Source of the DNA: Octopus vulgaris
Lineage: Eukaryota
Assembly (NCBI GenBank): GCA_951406725.2
Contig: OX597835.1
Location: 42,532,001 to 42,596,000 of the forward strand
DNA: 64,000 nucleotides
Direction: 5' to 3'
Shown one piece after another: positions 53,187-64,000 of this stretch (the stretch's first letter is position 1; each line of letters begins with the position of its first letter). The notes under the pieces are model-generated. The model was given only the letters and a program-made list of their open reading frames with translations, was not told the DNA's origin and ran no database searches. Made by a program: the position numbers and the translations under genes.

Positions 53187-54049
53187 CAGGGTGCGGTGAA
53201 TAAACTGTCATCTAAATTACGCAAAAATGAAAATAACACTGACATTTTAAAAGAAATATTTACCAAAATTACATAAATATATCTTGAAATGCTAAAGAGT
53301 AAATTTATTCAATAATATCACCATTGGCTTCAACCACAGCCTCCAGATGACTTCAGAATCTCCTGCAACTCTTCTGGACGGTCTCCTTGTTTAAGTTGTT
53401 GAATGCTGCCATAATCCTCACCTTCAGTTCATCTTTGGTGTTACAAGGAATTTTGTTGGTCTCTTGCTCAGCTGTGCCCCACTAATAATTATCAAGGTGG
53501 TTGCAGTCTGGGGAGTTAGGTGGCCAGATGTTAGGGGGTGATGTGGTCGCAGAAATTATCTGACAGCTATGACTGGGCTCTCCTATTTGTGACATGGCAC
53601 AGAGTCTTGTTGCCAGACATAGGGTCTTCCAGCAGCCACCCTCTTGACCCAGAGCAGTACTACCTCCTCCAGGTGCTTGATGTAGGCTTTCGTGTTGAGC
53701 ATGAGGCCATGTGGGAAGATGAACGGAGCCATAATGTCACCATCAGTAGTGATCACTCCAAACACCATGATGTTGACTGGATGTTTGATTTTTATCACTC
53801 TCGGTACATGTCCCCAGATTGATACCCAAACACTCTGAAATGTGCATATTGGAGCTTCCAGCGTGAATGACAAGCAGTACAACATGTCGTTTCCAAATTT
53901 CTGGCAGAGTGAATTGCGTCATGGTACTGTTTTTCTCACAGACGGTACCCAACTAACCCTACTATACTGTGTAGTTGACAAAATCAAAAACAATGAGCAT
54001 GCACAAAATTAAAAATATAAAATGGCAACAATCTACCCATCGCAACTAG
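53187..54049 (-). mobile_element. Internally deleted Tc1/mariner-superfamily transposon, DD37D (maT)-type transposase pseudogene
   Basis: Minus-strand KHPVNIMVFGVITTDGDIMAPFIFPHGL..N...Y...LEEVV..WV......YVWQQDSVPCH, then after a frameshift LSDNFCDHITPNIWPPNSPDCNHLD. About 37 residues separate the second and third D. Degenerate TIRs (TA|cagggtgcggtgaataaactgtc ... gcaacaatctacccatcgcaactag|TA) with TA flanks. Confidence 0.85.
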
Positions 54050-54137
54050 TATACTGACTAAATACTAACTCAATACTATATTTACAGTCATGTTCTAACT
54101 ATATACTAATTCACAAACACACACTAAGGACATACTA

Positions 54138-54522
54138 TCTTTTAATCCTTTCAGTTATTAGATTGTGGCCATACTGGGGCTTTGAAGAATTTTAGTTGAA
54201 TGAATCAACCTCAGTACTTATTTTTTAAAGGCAGGTACTCAATCCATCAGTCTCTTTTGCTAAACTGTTAAGTTATGGGTATAGAAATGCACCAATACCA
54301 GGTGTCAAGTGATGTTGGAGGACAAACACAAATGTAAAGACACACACATATATTCACATGACAGGCTTCTTTTGGTTTCCATCTATGAAATCCACTTAGA
54401 AGGCTTTGTTTGACCAGGGCTACAGTAGAAGACACTCACCCCCAGGTGCCACACAGTGGGACTGAACCCAAAGCGATGTGGTTAGAAAGCAAGCTTCTTA
54501 CCACACAACCACACCTGTGCCT
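54138..54522 (-). mobile_element. SINE family A (old, diverged)
   Basis: Recognisable reverse copy. Confidence 0.75.
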
Positions 54523-55623
54523 AATTGGGAAAGAATATGAATAAAGTAGCAACCACAATTCCACTCTGTCTTTTGCTGACTGGAATTTTGGAACCACTAA
54601 AAGAGAAACTCATTATTTCCCTCTTGGAAGAACATATTCTAAAAGATCTTAGTTAATTAGTTTCTTCAGCTTCGTTATGACAAATAAATAGTTTAATGAA
54701 TATTGGTTTCGTTTCGATACAAGGCCAGCCAGTTTGGGAGAGGGTGGGGGTGGAGATAGTAGATTCCATTGACCCTAGTGTTCCACTTATTCTATTGACC
54801 CTAAAAAGACGAAAGGCAAAGTCGACCCCTGTGGAATTTGAACTCATAACATAAAGATGAACAAATTGCTGCAAAGCATTTTGTCCACCAAGGGACAGAA
54901 TAAATAACAGGCTTAAAAAAAAAGGGGGTCAATACATTTGACTATAAAGTTCTTTGAGGTGATGCCCCAGCATGGCCATGGTCTAATGACTGAAACAAAT
55001 AAAACAATAAAAGACAATTCCAAAGACAAAAGCAATACTTCATTCTGTTTTTGGTATGAATTTTGTTTGTTTTTATGTCTGTCTCCCCTCCCCCCATTCT
55101 TGTATGGATTTGATAGATTTTAGTAAAGTAAAAAATATTTAAAGCTATAATTCCTTGAATACAGCATTCTTTGTGAGGACATTTGATTCCCCAAGTTTTC
55201 CTTGACCTTTGTAGTCTTGGAACTGTAATTAACCTGAATCTATGGTCAGCTTCCTCAAAATCTGAGTTCTGCTTAGAGTTATATTCAACTGACCAGACAG
55301 GTTGTGATAGGAACAAATCTCCTATTTTCTATGACATTCCTGTCACCCAACCCTCACCTGTTTTCAAAGAAGGTAATATTTTTCCTGTGGCCAGACATGA
55401 TTTTGCAGAATATTGAAAGTGAATGACACTGCTTGTATGACAGTAACACTCATTTACAACTATCACACAATGACTAGACAAAGAAACATACAAGTATACA
55501 CACACCACACATATATAAAGACTCAAACACACATATATACATACATGTATATATATCTACATTTATATTTATATACCTATACATACATATATAAATGTAT
55601 ATATATACATACATATATAAATG

Positions 55624-55660
<37 letters not shown>

Positions 55661-57270
55661 ACATACATACATATAAATATATATACAGACATATATATAT
55701 ATATATATATATATCAGGAGGATGTGTTATAACACTATTCCACAGCCATACCAACAATCCAACACACCCCCATCATCAGCTGCCTCACGGATATCATTAT
55801 GGTTTCGACACCTGAGCAGTACCATTCAATCTGGAGGTGTCAACAGCACTAAAATAAGTGTTGTTCGGGAATGAACAAACCAAAGAAACTACAACTTTCA
55901 AAGACTTTTACCCAATGTACAACTGTATCGATAAATAAATTCCATAAGTAAATTACAACCCCTCCTAAATACGTGAGCTTCATTCAGTTTCTACCCAGCA
56001 AATCCACTCACAAGGTTTTTGTGGGTCCAGAGATATGGTAGAAGACACTAACCCAAAGTGCCATACAGTGGGAATGAACCTGCAATCATATTGTTCAGAA
56101 GCAGACTTCTTAGTCTAATGGCCACACCTGCTCTCATTTTTAACAATACTGAATGATGTAACCCTAGATACACTATGCCAGAAGAAGAAAAAAGAAGCAG
56201 GGTGGGATGGTCAAATTTGGAATGCTTTTGATCACAGTTCTGTTTAATTAGGATTCACCTGTGGTCAAATAACCGTCGGCTGAAGACCATCTGTTCTTCA
56301 TTGCCAGAATTATATGGTACCTGTATTTCAAAGGGCCGGCCTTGTCACTCTCTGTGTCATGCTGCATATCCCCGAGAACTACGTTAAGGGGTACATGTGT
56401 CTGTGGAGTGCTCAGCCACTTACATGTTAATTTCATGAGCAGGCTGTTCCGTTGATCGGATCAACCGGAACCCTCATCGTTGTAACCGACGGAGTGCTTC
56501 CTCCTCCTATATGGTACCATATAATTGTTAGCACGCCAGGCAAAATGCTTTGCGGCATTTCATATGACTTTATGTTCTGAGTTCAAATTCCACCGAGGTC
56601 GACTCTGCTTTTCATCTGTCTTGGGCTGACAAAATAAGTACCAGTTGCACACTGGGGTCGATATAATTGACTTAACTCCAGCCTCTGAAACTACTGATGT
56701 ATCAAAATCTGAAACTAAAATTATATGGTACTAACAATATATATGGTACTGGGTCATGTAAAATATGGTACCTCGACAGCAGTGCACCAGTATCACACAT
56801 TAGTATTCTAGCATAATCTTGGCTGCGATCTTAATAATAGAGCAGAGAAGAAGACTGCAGACAAAAAAGAAAATCAATTTAAATACTGCCTTACTGCTTA
56901 AAGTACATTTTTTATAAATATAATTTTAGACATCTGATCTTGTGAAGTAGAAAGAATACGAAAATATCAAATCAATGATTTTTCATTCGAATATTGGATC
57001 TGAAAATGGGGGTTTCATGTGGAAAACATGGATTAGGGAAGGGGGTTCCTTTTTCCTTCCCCACTGCCCTTTTTTGATTTTTTTTTCTCTTTTAAGAAAT
57101 AATTTGCTTAATTTATCTGATAGAATTCACTGAAAGAATGATTGAATAATTTTTCTGTTTGCTAAAAATAGCAGCTAAATCTCCTTCAAACCAACCCCCT
57201 CTCCACCCACAGTCTTCAGCAACATAATCACATCTTCTTTCTCTTCTTCAGTTCTTCAATTCTTCTTCTT

Positions 57271-57307
<37 letters not shown>

Positions 57308-58387
57308 CACTACCACTACTACTACTTCTTCATCAAATTCTTCTTCTATTTCTTCACCACCATCATCTTCTCCTCCTCACCACCACCACTACAACAACAA
57401 CCAACACCATCATCATCATCGTTGTCATCACCATCTTGTTGTCCCATAATACCATTACAAATCGATATCATCAATCAGCTAATCAATCATATATCAAATG
57501 ATTGCTAATCCATTATTTCTGCGTAGAATCGTTTCATTTATTGTCGCTGTCAGACAGGTCAGTTCTGACACCAGTTTCCATTCCGTTCCGTCATCTGAAA
57601 CAAGTTAATTTTTTTTCTTTCCATTCTTTCAACTTCTGCAGGGTTTATGCTTTGTTTTTATTTATTTTTTTTTTTTGTTAATTTTCAGCTTTTCAGTTTA
57701 GATTTTTCTCTTAATGAAGCAGTTTAACTTTCATTGTATGGTTTATTCTGTTCAAAGAACTCTACTATGGTATAAAAAAAAAAGAATTTAAATTGCAATT
57801 GCAACATCAGCCTAATCTAATTGTGTTTATTAAAAGACAGCGGCAGGGAAGGGAAGATAGAAGGGTGTTGAACTTTGGTTAACAATCTTTGTCCCATTTG
57901 GCAGAAATATGGCCCCTTCCATATATATATATACATCCACAATATAGTTGACTCATGAAAAATTAATAGCCAATTCTCCCAAGCCAACAGGAGGGCCTCT
58001 TTGCGGTAGCTTGACTTTATAGAAATAGCAACCAAATTTCTCTCAAATTGCACACACGATTTTCATTAAAAAATCAAAAGACAGATATATGTAATCTGAT
58101 AAAAAAACAAAAAAAAAAACAGGTGGCCTCTACTGGAATGATGGGTTGATTTGCAGTTAAACGCAAACACAATCTCAATGATAATATCAAGTTACTGTTT
58201 AAAGATTGACTTTCATATATATATACCGGAGTAAGTGCATAAATGCGAAACAAGGTGAAAAAAATAGTACTCAAATACCAGAGGTAGAGTAATATGCTTT
58301 ATTAAAAAACAGCAAAAATATCACAAAAACTGTTACTCAGAGTTTCATGTTCCCGTTTGTCAGGCAGTTTTGTTTAGAATCCTAAAC

Positions 58388-58433
58388 AAAACTGTCTGAT
58401 GAAAGGGAATGTGAAACTCCGAGTAACAGTTTT
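58388..58433 (+). ncRNA. Minimal type I hammerhead ribozyme motif
   Basis: aaaactgt-CTGATGA-aagggaatgt-GAAA-ctc c gag-TA-acagtttt: 8-bp stem I and intact core. Stem II is degenerate here but intact (acg ggaa cgt) in the paralog at 6448. Confidence 0.7.
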
Positions 58434-58529
58434 TGTGACATTTTTGCTGCTTTTTAATAAAGTATATATCATGCTCGAATGGTGTGCTTAATGTGCCACC
58501 GGCACGAAGGCCAGTTTGTTGCTCAGACA

Positions 58530-58605
<76 letters not shown>

Positions 58606-58844
58606 ATATATATATATGTGTATATATATTAAATATAGTACTCAATATTTCTGTAGAGTTAATTATATAAGTCTCTCTGAGACCAGCTTTCTGAGTTATA
58701 ACCTTGTGTCAACACTTGCAAGATTTTTTCAAAGCTAGTTCTTTGCAAGAATAGAAACTGAATATGCTGGTGAACTGCCATAATATTTTGGCATCAAAAA
58801 ATAGACTAAGAACCAAAATAAGTATCTTTATGTGTGTGTGTATG

Positions 58845-58898
<54 letters not shown>

Positions 58899-59632
58899 TA
58901 TATATATATACATATACACACACACAAACATATTCTTTTAACTAATCTAATTACTAAAATTACATTGTGACTACAAATAATTTCTTTTTTAATTAAACAC
59001 TGCCAAAGCAAAACTTGCCTGATTTCCATGACTATGTAATTATACATATGTGGCTCCTCTTGTGGTCACAGTTATTACAAGGGAGATAATCACTTTATCT
59101 TAACCAGAAACAGGATTAGAACACGATTACACTGCTGAAATCTTAGAGAATGAAACATCTTTGTAAGTGATATATTAGAACACTGAATAGATTAACGATG
59201 TTATAATTAGTTGTTTTAAATTTAATTTATATTTCATATCATCATTATTATCATTTAATGTCTGTTGTCCATGCTGGCATGGGTTGGACAGTTCGACCAG
59301 GGCTTGTAAGCTGGAAGGCTGCACCATATGCCAATCTGATTTGGTATGGTTTCTATGGCTGGATGTCCTTCCTAACACCTCTGAGAGTGTAATGGGTGCT
59401 TTTTTCATACCACCAGCACAGGTGCCATTTGTGTGACATCAGTATCTGCCACAACTGCAGTTTTACTTGGCTCAGTGGGTCTTCTTCTCAAGCACAGCAT
59501 AATACCAAAAGGTGTTGGTCATTTGAAATTGCCTCTGTGAGGCCGACTGAAATTGAAATTTTTAGCAAACAAGAAATCTTTACTGTATAGAAGAAATGAA
59601 GAACAAAATAAGATTTTTAAAAAATATATTAC

Positions 59633-59929
59633 GTGCCGGTGGCATGTAAAAAGCACCATCTGATCGTGGCCGTTGCCAGCCTTGCCTGGCCCCCATGCCG
59701 GTGGTACGTAAAAAGCACCATCTGATCGTAACCGTTTGGCACCTGTGCCGGTGGCACGTAAAAAGCACCCACTACACTCACGGAGTGGTTGGCGTTAGGA
59801 AGGGCATCCAGCAGTAGAAACATTGCCAGATCAGACTGGGCTTGGTGCAGCCTTCTGGCTTCTCAGACCCCAGTTGAACCGTCCAACCCATGCTAGCATG
59901 GAAAGCGGACGCTAAACGATGATGATGAT
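59633..59929 (+). mobile_element. SINE family C with an internal triplicated tgccggtggcacgtaaaaagcacc module
   Basis: Three tandem copies of the module followed by the family C 3' end and (GAT)n. Confidence 0.8.
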
Positions 59930-60714
59930 ATTACAAATAGCTTGTTTACATTTAGAAGGTAACAGTAGAAGCATCTAGAAATATGTAAATGATATTCCCT
60001 TAAAGTAATGCATCTCAAGTGCCAATTCAGTAATAATTAATTGCTCATAATACCTAGGGTATGAATAATGTAACCCTAGATACACTATGCCAGAAGAAGA
60101 AAAAAAAAGCCGGGTGGGATGATCAAATTTGGAATGCTTTTGATCACAGTTCTGTTTAATTAGGATTCACCTGTGGTCAAATATCCATCGGCTGAAGACC
60201 ATCTGTTCTTCATTGCCAGAATTATATGGTACCTTAAGGTGGTGAGCAGGCAGAATTGTTAGCACGCCAGGAATGTATTTTCCCATCCCCTAGGATGGGA
60301 AAAAGACAGAAAGCTATCTGTATGACTTGAAACACACATCTATTGAACTTAGAAAATTGCGGTGCCATAACACCAAAGTAGTTTTCTGAATCTCATTCAT
60401 TCAAATTAGATACTTTAACCTTAAAAGTGAAAAAGCCAGTTTGTTTACATTTAGAATGTAGCTGTAGAATCTTTGAGAAATATGTACGTAAGTGTTCAAT
60501 AGACAATGCTGCTTGAATGCCAGCCCAGTATTAAATGATGTCACTGGATTAGCATTCGAGATATTTAACAAAGACCTGTTTATATATTTAAGGTAATTTA
60601 ATAAAATCTACTTTGTATAATGAGACTAGTTTCTTTAATTGAATAAATTGCATACATTTGTGAAGATCTCACTTCTCTATTAATTTTTTCTATTTCTAAT
60701 TACAAAACACAATT

Positions 60715-60719
<5 letters not shown>

Positions 60720-60778
<59 letters not shown>

Positions 60779-60953
60779 CATACATATATATATATATTTA
60801 TATATGTATATATACACACACATATATAGATACATATACATATATATATATATATATACAAGTATATAGATACATATATGTATATATGTATATAATATAT
60901 ATATATATATACACATACGTATACATATATATATATGTATGTATGTATGCATG

Positions 60954-60985
<32 letters not shown>

Positions 60986-61070
60986 CATATACATATATAT
61001 ATATGTATGTATATATATATATATATATATACACATACATATACATATATATATATGTATGTATGTTTGC

Positions 61071-61109
<39 letters not shown>

Positions 61110-61171
61110 CATACATACATACATACATACATACATACATACATGTACATATATATGTATATACACACATA

Positions 61172-61226
<55 letters not shown>

Positions 61227-61270
61227 TTATATTATACACAGATACATATATATGTATTTATAAATATATG
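60720..61270. repeat. Compound (TA)n/(TACA)n microsatellite (similar tracts at 24977-25305, 5440-5750 and 38580-39210)
   Basis: Direct observation. Confidence 0.97.
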
Positions 61271-62284
61271 TGTGTGATACATGCACATACAACCAAGATC
61301 GTTATTTCTTGCTTATCTATTGAGGTAATTAGAAAACTACACAATATCGTGTAGTTAATATTTCTATCGTTACTGCAAGCAAATGACATCTTTGTTTCAG
61401 AGATACAATAATTATTAATTAATAACACTGAAAGCTATTGTATGTCAGTCGGTTCCAATGACAGTCTTCGTTACTCTTTTAAATTTAGAGATAAAACCCC
61501 CATTTATTCCTGATGCAATTTGGCAACTATTCAGTGAAAATTTAGCTATGAAAACTCGTCCCAAAATTCCCATAATGCTTATATCCCTGCTAAACCCAAC
61601 TTAAACATTTCAAGACCTAACCCCAATTTCCACCAAACCCTTTAAAGTGCAGCACCTGTAGAACATCCTCCAAACCCCTTTAAAAAAACCCCAGATACAA
61701 TACACACAAACATTTATACAATATATTCAATTATTTTTTTTTATTTTTAAGGATTTTTTTTCTTAATTTGGTAAGTATTATTTTGACCGCTATTTGGGTG
61801 AAGAGGAAGAGGCCTCTCAGTTAAATGATGAATCTTCCGCAATACGATTGGCTGGTTTGATCAGATGACAAATTCAAGCTATCTGATTGGGCTTCATTTC
61901 AAAGTGAGTTCTACACAGAACAAGCCATCATTTGCAGGAAGTGGATTGCCATTGATTATCATCGAAAGGTATTTGTATTGAGTACTCCAGTTATATAATC
62001 TTCTTGTGCAACAACAAATTCAACTTATTTGAAATAAATACAGAAGTTTTTGAAGAGTTATACAACAAGGGAATGACTGTTACATTTGTCATAAACTCCA
62101 TTTTGATTTATATGTTGGATTATAATGAAAAAAAAAATATATATTGAAAAACTAAATAAAAATATAGGTTTCAAATAGTTTTTGATTATTTGATTATGAA
62201 TTGTAAATTAACGGTTAGTAAATTTGATGCAAATTTAAATTAATTTATTAATGCTAGGTTATAATAAAAATAATAATCCCAGTA

Positions 62285-63150
62285 TAATAATAGGCTATAG
62301 TGAACAGTTAACAGTGTGAGATAAACCTATAGAGAACAGTTAACGAAGGTGAAACATAAACATAGAAAATAAATGTATAGTTAACAATATATCTGTAGTG
62401 AACAATTAACAGCATGAGATAGACCTATATAAACAATTAACATCTTGAATAAGCCTTGAACATTTAACAGCAGGTGAAACATGAATGTGGAAAATAAATG
62501 AATAGTGAACGTATAGTGGCTATTATCAGTGGACATGCATGTGAAAGTAAACATATGGCGAAGAATTAATAACATGTTATAGATAGAACTATAGTGAACA
62601 GGTTGCTGTTTATAATACATAACTGTGGATAATATACCTGCCAGTTAACAAGAGGGAGATAAACCTGCAGTGAACAGTTTTTATCAGGTGATATGTAAAT
62701 ATGCAAGATAAATGTATAATGTACAGTTAACAGCAGGGGACATGTGAATGTGGAAGATAAATGTATAGTGAACTGATTAAAAGAAATAGTACATAGATAC
62801 ATAAACCTATAGTGAACAGTTAACAGAGTGTTTTAAAGCTGTAGTGGACAGTAAACAGCATGTGGCACCTGAATATGGAAGTTTGTTTTACTTTTAAGAT
62901 AACAAATAAACCTATAATGAACAGTCAACAATATAACTCTGCAGGGGATGGTTAACAGCAGGTGTTACCTGAATGTGTTACCTGAATGTTTAAAGAACAG
63001 CTAATAAGATAAACTGCATAAACCTATAGTGAACAGTTAACAGGAGATAAACTTAAAGGGAACAGTTAGCTGAATGTGGGAGATGAACATATAGGGAACA
63101 GCTTATAACAGTTGACATATAAATGTGTGAGGTAAACATATGGTAATTAC
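62285..63150. repeat. Degenerate tandem repeat of about 30 bp (aaacctatagtgaacagttaacag...)
   Basis: Recurrent tagtgaacagttaaca units. Confidence 0.7.
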
Positions 63151-63162
63151 CTATAAATATAT

Positions 63163-63281
63163 TTCTTTACTACCCACGAGGGGCTAAACACAGAGGGGAC
63201 AAACAAGGACAGACAAACGGATTAAGTCGATTACATCGACCCCAGTGCGTAACTGGTACTTAATTTATCGACCCCGAAAGG
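63163..63281 (-). mobile_element. Truncated SINE family B (3' part)
   Basis: Matches 22808-22930. Confidence 0.8.
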
Positions 63282-64000
63282 TAAACAAGTGATATATAAA
63301 ATGCTATGATAAAAGTGATTCCTTGCGCTCCTACATAAAAAAAAACTGTCTTTAAATGAAGATAAGCCATAATCTAATCCAACTGTTATTTTTCTAAACA
63401 CAACAGACAAATCCATAAACAGTCAAAATTCTTCAATAACCAAAATTTAATTTAATTTTTGTTTGTATTTTACATATTAAAAAATGAATTTATTGAAACA
63501 ATTTTATAAAATATTGTCATATTTATTGATATATACTTCAATGTCATCCATTTGGATGGTTTTGGTACAAGAACACTATACAACTGGAGGTTTAGACATA
63601 CCCTAACTGCCAGCATGGAACTTGATTTCTTTAAAAGCCATTAATTATTCATTTAAATTTCACTAAATTTCATATCAAAACCTTTACTGTTTTGGATTCT
63701 TTCTGTGATATAATCAGACAAATACCACACAGTTCTCTACCATTTCAGATATTGCTGTATATCATGTTTTATGTTACAGACTTTTGTCAAAAAAAAAAAA
63801 AAAGATTAAAAGACTGAAATTCATTTAAATTATAAATATATAAGATTAAAAATATTTTCCAAGAGATTTATTAAAAATGTGTCTTGCAAAGTAATAAGAC
63901 TAACCCCAAGTTTATTGTGGCAGTTAGGGGTTGTTCGTTTAGTTAGTTTCCCCTAAGGTATGCTGGGGGTGAATATTTAGTTGTATTTATATATTTTTAG

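Noticed and set aside
60278-60303. Hairpin ttttcccatcc-ccta-ggatgggaaaa, and the 13-bp inverted repeat at 31821-31864
   Set aside because: Isolated short hairpins with no recognisable ribozyme core, terminator context or second copy.

Overview
AT-rich, microsatellite-saturated animal genomic DNA. It is most likely octopus (coleoid cephalopod), inferred from the repeat families and one exon. The only host coding sequence I can support is a single + strand exon (38283-38490) encoding the luminal N-terminus of a synaptotagmin-1-like protein. The rest is intronic or intergenic and contains dozens of tRNA-derived SINEs (at least five families), a decayed Penelope-like element (RT + GIY-YIG), CR1 and RTE LINE 3' ends, a DD37D/maT transposon remnant, hAT and piggyBac-type MITEs, minisatellites and large di/trinucleotide arrays. 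Almost all ORFs in the supplied track are artefacts of these repeats. The most notable signal is a set of about 7-9 unrelated short elements that each carry a minimal type I hammerhead ribozyme motif (stem I - CUGANGA - stem II - GAAA - palindromic stem III - UH - stem I'). These usually occur as inverted duplications next to (TA)n tracts. One of them is fused behind a tRNA-derived Pol III head, making it a candidate Penelope-mobilised, ribozyme-tailed SINE. All motif calls were made by eye and none has been confirmed by a database search.
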